Positions 60,846 through 64,000 of a stretch of 64,000 bases of DNA are shown here, piece after piece; positions within the stretch are counted from its first letter, which is position 1, and every line of letters starts with the position of its first letter. Source of the DNA: an uncultured Actinomycetota bacterium (GTDB lineage Bacteria; Actinomycetota; Actinomycetes; Propionibacteriales; Propionibacteriaceae). Location of the stretch: positions 66,216 to 130,215 of the forward strand of contig CAVUTQ010000028.1 of assembly GCA_963744455.1 (NCBI GenBank), written 5' to 3'. The notes under the pieces are model-generated. The model was not told where the DNA came from. It ran no database searches and saw only the letters and a list, made by a program, of their open reading frames with translations. A program made the position numbers and the translations under genes.

Positions 60846-61706
60846 ATGACCCTTACGCTCGACGATGTTCGCAATAAGCGGTTCCGGATGGCCCGCAAGT
60901 CTGGCTACGAGGTCTTGGAAGTTGACGAGTTCGTCGACGAGGTCGAGGAAAGCTTCGCGCAGCTCCTTGAGGAGAACCAGAACCTGAAGAAGCAGGTTCA
61001 GGCCCTCAAGGCCGCACCTCCGGTCGCTGCTCCGGCTCCTCATACGATGGCACCGCCTCCGCCACCTCAGCCACCGGCACCCCGGCAGCCCGCTCCGCCG
61101 CTACAACCGGCGTCTGGCACCATCGTGGTGACGACCGGGAAGGAAGCCAGCGCGGCCGTCGTACGCCTCGTCGAGATGTCGACCGAGCAGGCCGAGCGTC
61201 TCGTGGTGGAGGCTACGGAGGACGCCAACCGGATCCGGGAGGAAGCCAACCGAACCGCACACCAGCTCACGACGGATGCTCGAACGCGAGCCGAGCGTGT
61301 CGAGTCGGAGGCTCGGGTCAATGCGGAGCGGCTTCAGGCTGATGCGCTCAGCCGCGCCGAGAAGCTCGATCGGGAGATTGAAGGTCGTCGCGGTGAGATG
61401 TTCGGTGATCTGGAGAGGCAGCGCGACAACCTCACCGCAGCGGTTGGGGCGCTTCGTAGCTTCGAAGCGGCGTACCGTACCAACCTCGCCACTCATCTGC
61501 GTCGTCAAATCGAGACACTGGAGACCGGTCGAGCGGAGCCGGTCGACGTGCCCGAGGTGATACACGAGCTCAAGTCGACCGAGAACAATGCAAACGGGAC
61601 TGCTCAGCAGGGTGAGCCTCAGCGAGAAGACGCTGCAAGTTTCAGCGGAGGTAATTCACCAAGCAACACCCCGCGCCTCGACGCTCTTCTGGGAGACCAG
61701 CGCTAG
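60846..61706 (+). CDS. divIVA: DivIVA/Wag31 polar growth protein
   Basis: LTLDDVRNKRF...GYEVLEVDEFVDEV followed by coiled coils. Confidence 0.93.
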   Translation: MTLTLDDVRNKRFRMARKSGYEVLEVDEFVDEVEESFAQLLEENQNLKKQVQALKAAPPVAAPAPHTMAPPPPPQPPAPRQPAPPLQPASGTIVVTTGKEASAAVVRLVEMSTEQAERLVVEATEDANRIREEANRTAHQLTTDARTRAERVESEARVNAERLQADALSRAEKLDREIEGRRGEMFGDLERQRDNLTAAVGALRSFEAAYRTNLATHLRRQIETLETGRAEPVDVPEVIHELKSTENNANGTAQQGEPQREDAASFSGGNSPSNTPRLDALLGDQR

Positions 61707-61719
61707 TCACGCAAGCAAG

Positions 61720-61757
61720 AACGCGACAGGGCCCGCTTCGGCGGGCCCTGTCGCGTT
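61720..61757 (+). terminator. 17-bp perfect hairpin with TTCG loop after divIVA
   Basis: aacgcgacagggcccgc-ttcg-gcgggccctgtcgcgtt. Confidence 0.85.
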
Positions 61758-61768
61758 ATGGCCGAGCG

Positions 61769-61814
61769 GCGAGCGGTTCGTTCGCGCGCCGCCGTGTTGA
61801 GGAGGCGCGAGCAG
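61769..61814 (+). repeat. Half copy (G) of the repeat family
   Basis: gcgagcggttcgttcgcgcgccgccgtgttgaggaggcgcgagcag versus copy C reverse complement gcgagcgtcggcaatcgcgcgccgccgtgctaaggaggagcgagcag. Confidence 0.7.
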
Positions 61815-61944
61815 CTCGAATACCTTGCACCGTTGGAAATTCAGCGAGAAATCAGCGCGGGTCGTTGAAGAAAGTGCTTTTGCGGCCTACTGTCTCTGCG
61901 TCACTTAACCGTCCAGCCGGGGCTGACCAAGAAATGGGGAACCC

Positions 61945-62490
61945 ATGACCACCGCTAAATCCAGAGCTGCGGCCACCCCCGCAGCCGAGAACGGCGGTCG
62001 CACCACCACGAGTCGTAAGGCCTCGACAAAGGCCGCACCAACGGTGCATGCAGTGCCTGTGGAACATCAAGACAAGCCCGCCAAACCGATGAATCCCAAG
62101 TCGTTGCCAGTCCGCCCGGGCGAGGCTCCCTGGACAAAAGCCGAGCTCAACGAGGTCAAGCAGGCCCTGACCGAAGACATCGCCCGCTTCCAGAGTCAGA
62201 TCGAGATTTCCACCGCCGAACTGGTGGGTCTGCTCCGTGACGGCAGTGAGGGCGCCGGACGTGATCCGGCTGACGTCGGTTCCGCCAACTTCGAGCGCGA
62301 CGCTGAGATGTCGTTGGCCAACAATGCCCGCGAGATGCTTGAGCAGTCCCGCCTCGCGTTGCGGCACATCGAGCTCGGCACCTACGGCAGCTGCGACAAC
62401 TGCGGGCAGCCGATCGGCAAGGGCCGGTTGCAGGTATTCCCCCGCGCCACCTTGTGTGTCACGTGCAAGCAGCGCGAGGAACGGCGATAA
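61945..62490 (+). CDS. TraR/DksA C4-type zinc finger protein
   Basis: DPADVGS..FERD and [29 protein letters not shown]. Confidence 0.92.
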   Translation: MTTAKSRAAATPAAENGGRTTTSRKASTKAAPTVHAVPVEHQDKPAKPMNPKSLPVRPGEAPWTKAELNEVKQALTEDIARFQSQIEISTAELVGLLRDGSEGAGRDPADVGSANFERDAEMSLANNAREMLEQSRLALRHIELGTYGSCDNCGQPIGKGRLQVFPRATLCVTCKQREERR

Positions 62491-63071
62491 GTCCAGTCGG
62501 CGGCGCTCGCCCAATCGAACGGCGACGATGGCACCTCCTTGTCGCTGCCGTCGCTCTTGCTGGGCTGGCAGCTGACCTCGTTACCAAGATCATCGCGGTG
62601 ACCCAGCTGGAGCCGCTTGCTCCGGTGCGGTTGATGGGTGGGCTGCTCACGCTCCGGCTCATTCGGAATCCCGGTGCTGCCTTCAGCCAGGGTCAGCGCT
62701 TTACCTACGTGTTCGCGATCGCAGGTATAGCGGTCCTTTGCTTCGTGATCATCAAGTTGGTACCGCGCATCGGCCATCCTGCCTGGGCGGTGGCCATCGG
62801 GCTGTTGTGTGCTGGTGTCGCGGGGAACCTGACCGACCGGTTGTTCCGTCCCCCAGGGGTGCTCCGCGGCCACGTGATCGACTTTCTCGAGTTGCCGTAC
62901 TGGCCGATCTTCAACGTCGCAGACATGTGCATCACAGCAGCCGCCATCATGATCATGTACCTGTCCGTGGTGAAGGGAATTGCCATCAATGGCGAGCGCC
63001 ACGTCCGGTCAGGGCGGCGCAGTTCAGGGGACGACGGTGATCATGAACGGGACACGATCGCTCGTGGCTGA
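62463..63071 (+). CDS. lspA: Lipoprotein signal peptidase
   Basis: [31 protein letters not shown]. Confidence 0.95.
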   Translation: MQAARGTAISPVGGARPIERRRWHLLVAAVALAGLAADLVTKIIAVTQLEPLAPVRLMGGLLTLRLIRNPGAAFSQGQRFTYVFAIAGIAVLCFVIIKLVPRIGHPAWAVAIGLLCAGVAGNLTDRLFRPPGVLRGHVIDFLELPYWPIFNVADMCITAAAIMIMYLSVVKGIAINGERHVRSGRRSSGDDGDHERDTIARG

Positions 63072-63990
63072 GCGAAAAGTGCTGCTTGTTCCAGATGGAT
63101 TGAGTGGCGAGCGGGTTGATGCTGCCGTGGCGCGCATGCTCGGGCTTCCGCGGAGCAGGGTCGCGGAGTTGATTGGGGCCGGGCGCGTGCTGCTGGACGG
63201 TGCCACGATCGACAAGTCCGATCGCGTCAGCGTCGGGTCGATGCTCGAGGTGGAGCTCGCCGACCATCCGCGGCTTGCCGAAGTGCGCCCTCAGCAGGTG
63301 GAAGGTGTCGCCATCGTGCACGACGACGACGACATCGTTGTGGTCGACAAGCCTGTCGGCGTCGCGGCTCACCCGAGCCTGGGCTGGACCGGACCCGACG
63401 TCCTCAGCCATCTCGCCGGCGCCGGCTTCCGGATCTCGACGTCGGGAGTTCCTGAGCGGCGCGGCATCGTGCAACGGCTGGACGTCGGCACCTCCGGTTT
63501 GATGGTGGTCGCCAAGAGCGAGCGCGCGTACACGATCTTGAAACGAGCATTCCGGTCGCGAAGCGTCGACAAGATCTACCACGCCCTGGTGCAAGGCCAT
63601 CCGGACCCATTCACCGGCACGATCGAGGCTCCGATCGCGCGGCACCCTGGTGCCGACTACAAGATGGCGGTGATGCATGGGGGCCGGCACAGTGTCACGC
63701 ACTACACCACCCTGGAAGCTTTCGTTGCGGCGACCTTGCTCGAGATCAAGCTGGAAACCGGCCGGACGCATCAGATCCGCGTTCACATGGCCGCGATTCG
63801 GCATCCTTGCGTCGGCGATCCGACCTATGGGGCCGATCCGGTCCTCGCTGCCAAGCTCGGCCTGGAACGGCAGTGGTTGCACGCGGTCCGCCTCGGTTTC
63901 CTGCACCCAACATCAGGGGAACTGATGCAGTTCGAGTCCCCGTACCCGCCTGATCTTGAGCATGCCCTGGAGGTAGTCAGCGGCTGGTAG
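63064..63990 (+). CDS. rluD: RluA-family pseudouridine synthase with S4 domain
   Basis: [38 protein letters not shown]. Confidence 0.93.
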   Translation: MAERKVLLVPDGLSGERVDAAVARMLGLPRSRVAELIGAGRVLLDGATIDKSDRVSVGSMLEVELADHPRLAEVRPQQVEGVAIVHDDDDIVVVDKPVGVAAHPSLGWTGPDVLSHLAGAGFRISTSGVPERRGIVQRLDVGTSGLMVVAKSERAYTILKRAFRSRSVDKIYHALVQGHPDPFTGTIEAPIARHPGADYKMAVMHGGRHSVTHYTTLEAFVAATLLEIKLETGRTHQIRVHMAAIRHPCVGDPTYGADPVLAAKLGLERQWLHAVRLGFLHPTSGELMQFESPYPPDLEHALEVVSGW

Positions 63991-64000
63991 GACCAGTGCT

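Overview
High-GC actinobacterial chromosome segment; gene order and content suggest a Propionibacteriales-type (Microlunatus/Nocardioides-like) organism (inference). Most of it is conserved core: a DEDD/GIY-YIG nuclease, NlpC/P60, pimB', SRPBCC, glucokinase, two plsC-type acyltransferases and a class II DAHP synthase; a five-gene hut operon; a PASTA kinase, thiE, polyprenyl synthase, metF and helD; an SOS-boxed HEPN gene plus dinB; a MoxR/DUF58/transglutaminase module; and the dcw cluster (mraZ to ftsZ, sepF, yggT, divIVA) followed by dksA-like, lspA and rluD. Accessory and decay features are a vapBC module, an orphan FitA-like antitoxin, a thiG remnant, and LLM, PIG-L and SDR genes. Several single-base frameshifts, mostly in G-runs, look like long-read errors. 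The most unusual signal is a family of ~90-215 bp intergenic repeats (6 near-full copies, 1 half copy, 1 divergent relative). They have co-varying stems and conserved purine-rich internal loops. One copy is flanked by a 12-bp direct repeat, two bracket a two-gene block, and one lies in an SOS-controlled leader. No rRNA, tRNA, CRISPR array or transposase was seen. All calls come from reading the sequence; no searches were run.
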